A stretch of 64,000 bases of DNA from Macrostomum lignano. Taxonomy: Eukaryota. The DNA lies in NCBI GenBank assembly GCA_002269645.1, contig NIVC01002827.1, positions 62,001 to 126,000 on the forward strand, in the 5' to 3' direction. Below are positions 47,320 through 58,142 of the stretch, piece after piece (the first letter of the stretch is position 1; every line of letters starts with the position of its first letter). The notes beneath the pieces are model-generated. The model saw only the letters and a list, made by a program, of their open reading frames with translations. It was not told the DNA's origin and ran no database searches. The position numbers were made by a program, and so were the translations under genes.

Positions 47320-50300
47320 GGCGTTGTCGAGAAGAATTTTCTTCCAGAAGAACCACTACAAAAACCTGTCGTCTGTATTGTGCTTTGTGTGACAGATTGA
47401 TTTTTAAAACAGTTGCTCCTTAGAACGCTACACTGGACATTGCAGTTATATTCCAGGTTATTGGCAGATTAAATAGTGACCCATGCTAAAATGTCCTTTA
47501 ATTTTAAGGATTGATATGATATACAATTATAGTAGCTAAGTTCAGCATTCTAGAATGAACTAAAGTTATAATGGCAAAGTCATCAGTCGCAGTGATGTTC
47601 ACTTGGCGGAATTCTAACTTTTGCAGAAGCTTTGCCTTCTGTCACAGCTATATTTATTATATTTCTTATTTTACGCTTGGTACCGCAACGTGCTTCTAAA
47701 ATTTCCAGATTATACGCCCTCGTAATGACAAGAGAGAAGTTGATTTTTAGAAAACACTATCTCTTGATTACGTTGCTATAACTGTTCTAAATCTGCTGTA
47801 AATTTTTGCAAAGTTAAGACTGAAATGCATAGAACTATCTTTATAGGCCCAACTAATTTTGATGAATTGCATGGTTTTGAAAATTGAAACGTTACCTTGT
47901 GCTAGAAAATTGGGACTCCTTTGACTTTTGGAAACAGCAGCCAGAGAACAGGCATAATACTATCAATTTGCGCATAAAATTCTCATTTTGCATGCTGTTA
48001 TAGGTTACAGTCTGCTTATAAAAACATCACGGACAACTTAATAAGTTACTAAATTTTCCTCTAGTTGCATCAATCTTTTACAGTTTCGACAATCGTATAA
48101 TTGTGGCTACGAGTATTAGGGAAGCTAATCTACGAGACGTACTAAGAGTTGTGCATTTTTCCAACAATGACAACAAAAGCCAGTCAACGAAGGAAATGCC
48201 AAGTTGCCAGAGAAGGTCTTCAAGAGTGCACTTTATTATCAGTGCGATATATCCCTGATTGTCTAATGCGCTCCTAGATCGAGCTCAAGAAGGATGAGCG
48301 CAGAATTCTAGGTTATGGTGAACTTTTTTTACTATATCTTTCACGTAAAACAAAACTAGGCTGTACGATATGAATGCAAAGCTAAAAGCTATATATTACA
48401 GTATATTATACATTCGTTCATTCGATCCGAGCCGTCCTCCAGTCCGAAGTGCTGCCCGACCGCCAGAGGGCTCGGCTGTGGCAGGCGGTGGTCGAAACCG
48501 TCCTGCTTTACAACGCCGAGTGGACGCTGACGGCTGCGCTAGAGCGGCAGCTGGACTCGGCGCACTCAGGGCTGCTCCGTGCGGCCTTTCGAGCTAACGA
48601 GAGCGTCGGAACCGAGGCCCTGTACGATCGGGCCAAGCTGCAGCGCCCGTCCACCATCCTGCGCCAAAGGCGACTTAAACTGGCGGGCCACGTGATCCGG
48701 GCCGAGGGCTACTGCCCCCAACCTGTTCAGGACGTCCTGCTGCTCACTTTGCAGGGTCCGTTCATGCGGGGTCAGGCCCGAACCCGTCGATACGTCGACT
48801 GCCTGCTGTGGACTTTGTTCGCTCCCAGGCTCTGCGGCGCGCCATCTGACGCGCCCTGCTCTAACTGTGACTGTGCATGCGGGGTCGCGTATTTTGTTGT
48901 TGTTGTTGTATATTATACATTACAATATATAAAACATGTTTTTTTAAAGCCAGAAATGTACAATGAAATGCAAGTAAAGAAAAGCGAATCAGGATAAAAC
49001 CAATAGTAACCGGCATGAAACATCTGTTGATGCTAGTCGTATAGTGTATTTCTTAAGAAAACTGTACAATTGCGGACAAGATTTTTTTCAAGAAAAATAT
49101 GTAAGTGGAACAGCAAGACTTCGTTGGAAAATACATTTAGGAGCGTATTACCTCTACAGAAATCTTCACATTGACTTTCTAATTTGTGTGATTAAATCGT
49201 TGCTCCGCGAGCCGTGCGTTATGGCTAGCAGCAATTTTCACAAAACAGGAAGTTTATGCAACGTCAAAATGGTAGATGAAGCCTATTCCAACACGAGGCA
49301 ATGCCCATCTAAGCTCGTTAAAACGTAGGCATAAATAATCCTGTTGTTGCGTAGGTCAACTGAATATTTAAATTAAAAATTAACAAAGTAGCCATAGGCG
49401 CATCGAAAAAAAGTTTGAGTGATGACGAATCGTAGACTTTCTGGGAGAAGTCTGGTATCGTTTAAGTGTCTGCTGCTTCGAGGACTAGTGGTAATTACTT
49501 TAATTTATGAATTTATTTCAATGCCATACTTAGTAAGTTAGATGACAATATGCAAAGCGGGAAACATTTTAAGACTTCCACATGCACGAGACTGGGCCTT
49601 CTGGTATGATGCTTCACGAGAGGATTCACTTTTAGATACTTATTAAAACAAATATTTCCAAGCGTTTATTAAAAACTGAAAAAAGACAGTTTGTTCCAAT
49701 TCAGCTAAACTTTTTCTATTCTAAACGCGCAGGTTGCAGCCACAGTCTTCTATCTGCCACATACATCGGCGCAACGAAATGGTGACAATCGGTATTTGCT
49801 GCTATGGGGCGACACCTGGTTTGCCAGTGCACCCAAATTAGCACAGCTGGCCATTTTATCCGCCGAATCGTCCGGTCATATTCTGAATATCAAAACTGAC
49901 CTTCGCTTCGGGATGACTTCAGAGAACGCAACTAAATATTGTTTCTTAAAATACAAATGTAACATCAGTGATTCTGATACAGACTTTTCAGAAGTAAGTC
50001 TTCACAGAAATTTAAATGAACAAAAGAAAAAGCTATGCTTCCGAGGCGCTATCGCCTTTGAGATTGAATCGACAAGTGGTTTCGATAATTTCGGTTTTCA
50101 ACTTATTAAATCTTTGGAACAAGGAAGTAAAAACTATAAATTTACTCCCACATTCCGAGATGCACTGACATTGCAGGTGGTATGGAAAGGCTTCGATGGC
50201 AAGATTCTGATGGAAAGCGGTCGACTCTACGTTTGGACCATGGATGCTTGGTTGAAAATTCCTACTTTGGTTCACAATGCATCGGAAATACTGAATGCTT

Positions 50301-52088
50301 TGTTTTCGCGAGGCATGATCGAGTCAGAGGTGGACACAGCGCAAAGTGTCCAAATCATAAGTGATAATTTAGTCAACCTGATCAAGTCAGCTCCTCCATT
50401 CTTGCAGCCGTTGATCAATGTAGGCCTTGCGCTCAGTCCAGACCATTGTCAGAATCTGCAGTTCAGCCGATCAGTTATTCTAACAAATAATTTCTACACG
50501 AAGCTAGACCAGTGGAACTTGGATCTGATGCGGCATGCACAACTGGACGTGGCTACAGGTAGATTGAAATTGTTCTCAATTGGCTTCATGGATGTAATGA
50601 AACAACGCAGCACAGGAGACGTCACATTTTGCGTCATTCTGTCACTTTCTGGCGAACGGGAACCTTACGAGGTTCGCCGAAGAGTTGGACGCTTGTCTCT
50701 TCCGAGCACAAGACAGTCTGGAACACCACTTGTAGTTCGCGGTGCAAAATGCAGTCTTGTTGGTAAGAAAAGAAGAAGTGTAACTCTTCGATCAGGAATG
50801 GTTCGCTCTCATTTAGCTTGTCCGATTGTGTGCAACTCGGCGATCGGGAGTCGTCAATTCGAGTTTTACCACAAAAATCAGTCTCTGATTGCTGAATTGT
50901 CAACAGGTTACCCTACTAAGCAATGGACAACGCTTAACAATGGAATAAAGATCGCGACTGGAGGTCACGTGATCGAACTGCCGAAGAAACTGTCGCAGAA
51001 AAGTCACGGTGGTGACTACATGTGCAGAGCAGGAGGAGTGTCTGCACATATACAAGTTCATGTAGTTGTTCCACCACAGGGACTGAGGTACCCTCCAGAT
51101 CGAGTTTTGGTAGCTGAGGGTGACAGCATAAACCTGACTTGCGAGACTGAAGTGTCGGAACAAGCAGACACGCGAATAAGTGTCAATTATAAAACTAAAA
51201 CTCAAAGAAACCCACAGTTTTCGTCGATTCTTACTAAAAAGACTGTATACTTACCTCCGACTGAAAATAATTTGAATCGTTTCTACGGAATAAATACTTC
51301 AGCTTCCTTTGAAGACGCAAATACTTTTGTATGTACAGTGCAATCTATACAAGACGGTGAGCCCGAACTGCCGATGTACTGGATGCGTGCTCGCTCCCAC
51401 ATCGTTTTAGTTCCCGAAATTCTCCCAGCAGCCCATATCACTGCTAGCAGTGCGAGTCACTGCTCATGGAAACATCTGTGCCTGATTTACAGTCGCATTG
51501 ACTGGAAGTTTTCTTTCGAGCGACGGTTCCTTGTGTCTGTAACATCTTCTGGAGCTCGCTTTACTGGACATTTCAGTCTAAACGGACTCGCGCTCACACG
51601 AGCATTCCTGATCGAACGCGGTTGGCAAGACGCATTGAGCATCGAGTATGACAATAAAAATGGTCAACTCATTCTTAGCGTAAACGTTGCCGCCACGAAG
51701 AGTACGCCAAATTTATTGAACCTTTTTAAAGAACAAGCGTCAAAGAAATCGGGTTCACTCACCGCGGTGTTTAACTATCACTACCCTGACATTGAAGTCC
51801 TCGACCATATAGAACTGGTAAGATACTCTCGGAAAGTGGAGTACAACGGTAGCGACACAATCTGTGCTGAAGATCCGACTTGTTTCTACTCTACTGCATT
51901 CGAAGACCAGCTGATTAACTCAGATAGGTCAGAGAGCCTTAAGAAGATGATGGTGAACTTTGATTTGATCGCTGAAAGCGTCGATCCGGCAAGTTTCTAT
52001 CGTCGACTGGCTCTGCTGCTGTCTGCTTTAGTACTCGGTTGTGGCGCTTTGATAGCGCTTGGATTCTGGCTCCGCCGGCGTTCGAGAC
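44666..52088. repeat. Large inverted repeat: arms 44666-46582 and 50172-52088 (1917 bp each, ~98% identical), spacer 3589 bp
   Basis: By-eye alignment shows no indels and about 35 substitutions. Identity starts at TGCAGGTGG (LQ|VVW) and ends at TTCGAGAC (RRSR). Confidence 0.93.
48415..48907 (+). mobile_element. 5'-truncated non-LTR retrotransposon (RTE-like RT C-terminus)
   Basis: RLWQAVVETVLLYNAEW...RQRRLKLAGHVIR; (TTG)n tail; 14-bp TSD GTATATTATACATT at 48401-48414 and 48908-48921. Confidence 0.85.
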
Positions 52089-52237
52089 ATCAAAGTGTCG
52101 TGTCTACAAGGCCGCAATGCCGCTGGGAAACTGAGCCCGGAAACAATTTCGAACGGCAAGACGCTTACGATGTCGTACTTTTTGTTGATAAGCCAGAGCC
52201 GACTGCTGTTATTAGAAATGATTTTTGTCGTAAATAG
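49422..52237 (+). CDS. Uncharacterised type I membrane protein with two Ig-like domains, copy B. Exons 49422-49490 (or to 49532) and 49733-52237; ~857 aa
   Basis: Acceptor GCGCAG|GTT sits at exactly the same codon offset as in copy A. The upstream exon MTNRRLSGRSLVSFKCLLLRGLV (GTG|GTAATT, phase 0) completes a signal-like N-terminus; a second in-frame donor is TTA|GTAAGT at 49532. Same Ig, TM and basic motifs as copy A. Confidence 0.82.
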
Positions 52238-52873
52238 AAAAGTGGAGGATTTCTACATTGCATATTTTTTATGAACTTTACTACTGTTTACAGAACAGAA
52301 GAAGCGCAACTCATATCCAGTAATAATTATTAGTAATAATGCTAATTTTTTTAAATTCTCTATTCATTTTTTTAGTTTTGCATGTTGCTTTAGTCCGCCT
52401 TATTCTGTCCGATTGTATGTCGAAAAACACGACTGGATTTATTAGTACTTGCATCAGGTACAAATGTAAATACCATGCTACGAGCTACATTTTCATTCAA
52501 GGGATTTGCTGATTTTAGCTCGAGTTTCAGTCCCAGTCATAGTGATTTATTTTATTGCTTTCTTTTTTCGTTTCGGTTTTGTTAACAAAAACAATATACG
52601 CTATTATGCGCTATTCAAGCTATTCAAGTATTCAAGGTATGCGCTAAAATAAACTTACATGCACGAATTCATTACCCATTCCATGGACCACTCATTATTG
52701 TCAGTCTCTCCAGTTGGATTCTCAGAGCAAAATCGCAAACACACACTGTACCTGCTCTAAATGCTTTTCAGTTAATGATCAGTTTTAGTGATAAAAGTGG
52801 GCTAACAAGAATGAAAATAGCATCCTGCAGTTTCGATAGTTATTGAATCATAAAGTTGTATATGTGCATCACC

Positions 52874-53352
52874 CTGCTCTGCGCAGGGCCCTGCTTGAAC
52901 TCAACCGTAGGGTCACCAGGGCGGTGAGTCGTGACCATGGCCCTTCGGGTCATGGCTGTTTTTTCAGGCATCGTCACCTCCAACTCCAGGGAAAAATCCG
53001 CAACGAGGAATGCCTTTTCTGTCTCTACGGTGTCGAGAATGCTGAGCACTTCATCTGTGAATACCCCGCCTTTACCCAGGACAGGCTCAACCACTTCTGC
53101 TCAAAACCGGACCTCTCTAAAGTTTTCAGGCCCGAGAACCTCTGCCAGCTCATCCGCTACCTAAGGGCCATCGGGCGAGCGACCATCCACCTCCTGGACT
53201 CTCTGGAGGGGAACCGCGCTGCGGACAACGGCACCACCGAATTTCCTAACTACCATTAGCTTCCAGTGGTAGCCAGGGGTTAGCAAAATGGGCGGCAACG
53301 CCTCCTAGCTGCATCCGGATGCACGGAGCCCCCGTGCAGCTAAGTAAAGTAA
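52874..53352 (+). mobile_element. 5'-truncated non-LTR retrotransposon 3' end (I/Loa/R1-type C-terminal Cys-His knuckle)
   Basis: SGHGCFFRH...[21 protein letters not shown]; TAAG/TAAAG tail; TSD GTGCATCACC at 52864-52873 and 53353-53362. Confidence 0.75.
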
Positions 53353-55350
53353 GTGCATCACCTTGTTGTGTACAAATCAAGAATTTAGTTTTTGCCCTTT
53401 GTTTACTTAAGTACGGCCGTAAGTTACGGACGATAAAGAATGAAGAGGAAGCCAGGACCATGAGTCTTAGAATCTGGGTTTAGGGTTAAGTCAGCTTCAG
53501 TATTCAAATCAAAAAGGTCAGCTTGGAAAAAAGTATTCGACTGGCTCTGAAGCTGGCCGTGCAATTCGCGCCCATCATGAGGTATTCCACTCGTAAATAG
53601 CTCGTATATAAACATCCACAAATATTATTGCAAATCATTGCTTGATTTGCTTAACATTTGATAAATTGAATTATAACTACATTGCTGGATATTGACGTCG
53701 TACGTCGGCTATGTACAGGTACATAGTTATCAGGGACATTGATAAACGCCGGGGAGCGCGTCGGATTGCTGTATGGGTCTAGAGGTGCTGGCCTTGGCGA
53801 TATGCGCATCGTCTTTCTGTCTCCAAGAGCTTGAAACCTGAATGCAGAGATGATTAGATCCCGACTGGAAATGGTGTTCCATTAAAAAAAAGCGGCAAAA
53901 TGAGTAAAAACCTAAATTTATTAACCATTTCATCTTTTGTCGCTTCATCCGCTGTTTCAAGGATGCTTAGTGCAGGCGCAAGCAGATCGCTTCGACGAAA
54001 CCGCTTCTCTCGTATGACAGTACGTGCGTAACATGTTTACAGTGACGTCTGTTGTATCAAATTCTTGTGCTATGACAACAACATCCCAATTCTTTTCACC
54101 ATACTACTTGGATCAGCACTTGCAGTTAAGGGTACTAGTTTTCCCAACTGCTCCAGTGTCCCGAAAACATTGGTTCCCAACCCAGGATGTAGTGCGTTTC
54201 ATCAACTTTAATAACTTCTTTGTCCCGAACAGAATAACAACATGTATTTCCTATTGGCTCTTCTAAGCTGTGAATAGAACAATATTTAAGCATTCATAAG
54301 CGCGGACTACTTTAGTAAAAATAAACGACAAATAAGTAGTCCGTCAAATTGAAGACAAAGCTGACACTGGAAAATTATGTTTTATGCTTTTTTCGATGAA
54401 TTGGTTCTGAATGCATGAATGCATGCACCTACCTACATGTACGTGATCATAGTTGTAGAAGCGATTCCAAGATTCTAGAAAGTACCCTAGCTAATGTTTA
54501 AAGTTCAAACTTTTACAATAATTTCGGTCCAAAGAAGCACGGAAGTACCTTTGGGTACCCATGGAGACCAACCAGAGCAATATATGAAACCGCAAACGTG
54601 CGAGCTGACACAGACTGCTGCATTTTTGATAGGCCAATACCAATGGAAGGCGCCTAGACGTTTACAAAATGGCACTGCATGTGCATGCACATGTTGCATG
54701 TATTATATGTTGTAGGATATAAAATAAACATATGGAATGCTTATTTTCTGAGCGAAAAGCCGTAAATTTCAATAGAGCTATAAGAGAGGGAAGACATATC
54801 TAATGGAAATTGTGTCTGCCTCCAACAAGAGGTGTGCTGGAAAAATGAAACCCTATTTCCATCTATGTATATTTCCTTATTTTACAGGTTTTTTCCTAAC
54901 TATAAAACCTGTCTCCTAAAATTTTGCAAGAAACCTACGTAGTTTCCCGTCCTCAATCCTGTACTTGCAGAGTAGTTCTTGAAACTACATAGACGCACGA
55001 AATGTAAACGGATAATTGCTGTATTGTAAGGTTAAGTTAAAGATTATAAGTTGTAGGGGGGGGGGGCACCACAAAAGCCATGATGCTGTCCGCTGTGCGT
55101 AAAGTGTGATTATCCTGGGACGACTACCGATTCATAGCCTTCTATCTCCGCAGTTGCATCCTTGGTACCTTTTGGGCTATTTGGAGGGTGTATTTTATGC
55201 CTAAAAGCGCGTAATAATACGCGTAGCAACCATGGGTTGTAAATTAGATAGCTCGAGTTGGACTTGAAAAACAGTCACCAATTATCGGCTTCAGTGTGCA
55301 ATTTCGGCGGTCAGATCTTGACTCAGAAAGGATACATGTAGAGGGATTAC

Positions 55351-55514
55351 TGTAGCGAGCAACTCCGGCTATTGTTTGCGAGTGTTGGTTAGAGAAGTAG
55401 AAGGTGGCTGTGCCTGTGTATTTATTGTATGACAGAATAGATTTCCGCTTTCATTGAGTGCGCGTGAGGATGTGCTCTAGTAAGGGAGTGGATAGGCTGG
55501 GCCAGTTCGTCACA
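55351..55514 (-). mobile_element. Putative 3' LTR of the Gypsy element
   Basis: Minus strand reads TGTGACGA...AATAAA...TCGCTACA, with purine-rich tracts upstream (55529-55550). No second copy in the window, so boundaries are tentative. Confidence 0.4.
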
Positions 55515-57859
55515 GAGTGCGAACTGGCTTTCCCCGAACTGCCTCTCCCTCGTCTGGTAGATTGAAACCTGGGGTGCGGGTTTGGCTCATGTTACGCGTG
55601 ATCAAGGAATCAAAGTGTCAGTCTGAGTCAATAGTCAGTCATTGCTGCTGTCCCGTCTGATGTCCGGAGCCTTTCGCCAGTCGCCCTCTTCGTAGCGTTT
55701 CGGCGTCTCTTTAGCTTGTCGGGGGTGCGGCCTGTTGGCGAGCGGGACGTCCTGGTCGGCGGTTGGCTCGTATGGGCCGGTTGGTTCGTCCGGCTGGCTG
55801 TCCTGTCCGCTGTCTCGTTCCTCGTGGCCGTCTGGCCAATCGTCGGCTACCTGGGAGGCTCGCTTGACGTGGGTGGCGTGCCTGGAGCACCTTTGGCCGG
55901 CCCGCTGGAGCTGCAGGGTGTTGCCGCAGACTTTTGCCACGGTCCACGGCGAGGCCTCGAAGAAGGGGTTGGTCTTTCTGCGGTTGGTGAGCCGGCGGAA
56001 GACGAGGTCACCCTCGGTGATTTCGTGGTCGGTGGCGCCCCTCTTGCTGTCTGCGAATGCCTTCATCCGCTCCTTTGCCCTGGAGTCGTGGCCGCGGACG
56101 GTCTGTCGCCTGGCGTCAACCGGTCGGGAGTAGTGCAGGCTGGGGGATCGTGTCGTTGAGCTGTCGGCCGAACAGCAGGTCGGCTGGGGCCATGCCGGTT
56201 GTTGCGTGCGGTGTTCGACGGTAGGCCGCCAGGTAGTCGTCCATTGCCGTCTGCCAGTCGCTGCTCTCCAGGATCGCCGCTCTGATTGCCTTATTGAGGC
56301 CCCGGTTGCATCGCTCCACGAGTCCGTTGGCTTAAGGGTGCAGCGGTGTAGTCCGATGGTGGTGGATGCCCTGACTGCTCAAGAAGGCGTTGAACTCAGC
56401 AGACGAGAATGGCGGGCCGTTGTCGGTGGTCATCTTGACTGGTTGGCCAAACGTGCTGAACTACTGGCAGAGGGTTCGGATGACCGGGACTGCTGCTGTC
56501 GACCCCGCCATTGTCTGTATCAGTGGAAAACGTGAAAAAGTCGGTGCACACCAGCAGCATGTGGCCTCTGATCGGTTCCAAGAACTCCAAGCCCAACTCT
56601 CGCCAGGGCCCCTGCGGCAACTCAGTAGGCTGGATTGGTGCTGCCTTCAGCTCAGCTATGTTCGTGCAGGCCTTGCAGCTGAGACAGGAGTTTACAAAAT
56701 TCTCGACGGAGGCCTGCATAGAAGGCCACCAGACCTTTGTCTGCAGGCGTGCCAAGGATTTTTGGACACCCAGGTGGCCTTGGTGCTCCAGATGCAGGCA
56801 GCGGTAGCGCAGAATGTCGGGAACGACGATTTGGTGCCCTTTGAGCAGGAGTCCGTCGTGCTGTGAGAGCTCGTACCGCAGGCTGTGTAGGCTGCGCGTG
56901 TCGTGGCTTTCGAGTTGCCACCGCTGGGACTGGGCCCGGATACGGCGGCTTGGATCGCCCTGGCGCCTCCGGAGGCCGCCTTGATCGTGTCGGGGCTGAT
57001 GCTGTTCGGTGCCGCTGCCTAAGCCGTCATTGCGCTGTAGGCCGTGTCGAGATCTTCGCCCTCGTTGTTCGGCGGTGTTGGACGTGGCTGGCGGCTCAGG
57101 ACATCCGCCGGGTTGTCTGCCCCTGGTGGGTAGGTGACTTTGAAGTGGAGCTCCTGCAGCTGAAGTGCCATGCGCTCGATCTGCGGCGGGGGCCGAGAAC
57201 CAGGGCTGAGCAGGCTGACTAGCGGCTTGTGGTCGGTGAAAACCTTGAACTTTGGGCAGCCGCTAAGGTAGTGGTGGGATTTGAGGCAGCCGAATTTGAT
57301 GGCCAGCGCCTCCCTCTCTGTCTGCGAGTAGCGCTGCTCTGTGTCACTGGCGTAGGCTGGCGTAGGTGATTGGCTTGGTGACACCGCTCGGTTGCATCTA
57401 GGCGAGGATCGGCCCGAGGCCGGTCGGCTGGCCTGGTCTCGCAGTTTTTGTTGAAGAAGGCAAGCGTGGTGCTGTGTGCGATCGACTGCATGATGGAATG
57501 GAAGGCAGAGGCTTGCTGTGGGCCCCAAGACCACTGCACGTTCTCCTTGGTCAGCTCTCGAAGGGGCCTCGCTTTGTCGGCGAGATTTGGGATGAAGCGG
57601 ACTACGAATGTGACGAGTCCGCGAGGAAGGACCGCACCTCCGTTGCATTTTCTGGTCGCTTGAAGTTGGCCACAGCCTCCAGCTTTTCCTCGGTCGGTTA
57701 GATTCCGGCCGCCGAGAGGCGCATGGCCAGGAAGTCGGCCTGCTGGGTCGCAATGCGGCATTTGCGGGGGTTCAGAGTCACGTTGTGTTGGCGCAGCCTG
57801 TCAAGGCAGTTGCGCAGCCGCTCGTTGTGCTCTCAGCTTAGGGTGCTGGCAAAGATGAT

Positions 57860-58142
57860 TGACGTGACGCGAAAGCCAGGAGCTGATTGTTGTTTAATAA
57901 CGAATGTGAATGCTTGCGATATATTTGTAGGATAGCCAAAGTTACTTGACGAGCTAAAGACCGAGAGCAATAGCTTAAATATTGTAAATATTAAATTTCA
58001 CTGATGCACTGGCTAAATGAGTGGGGAGAGTACAAAATGGTAGAGACTTAAGGGGCAGATCGCAAGCTGCAACCAAAGTGACCAAGCGAAGTTAAGCAGA
58101 CAAACCCCGCAAAGTTACCATTACCAATCAACCGTCACTTCA
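57860..58142. mobile_element. Solo LTR (283 bp) inserted in the Gypsy RT
   Basis: TG...CA ends with inverted termini TGACGTGACG / CGTCACTTCA; 5-bp TSD ATGAT at 57855-57859 and 58143-58147. Removing it restores HDDIIIFAST. Confidence 0.85.

Noticed and set aside
45549-51205. Duplicated small ORFs (MSFSFIIDTY..., MTIEQ/MTIQQ..., MERLRW...)
   Set aside because: Antisense or off-frame shadows of the Ig genes, duplicated only because the arms are duplicated.
53590-54300. Possible decayed coding remnant on the minus strand
   Set aside because: GC content and short open stretches hint at it, but I recognised no motif.
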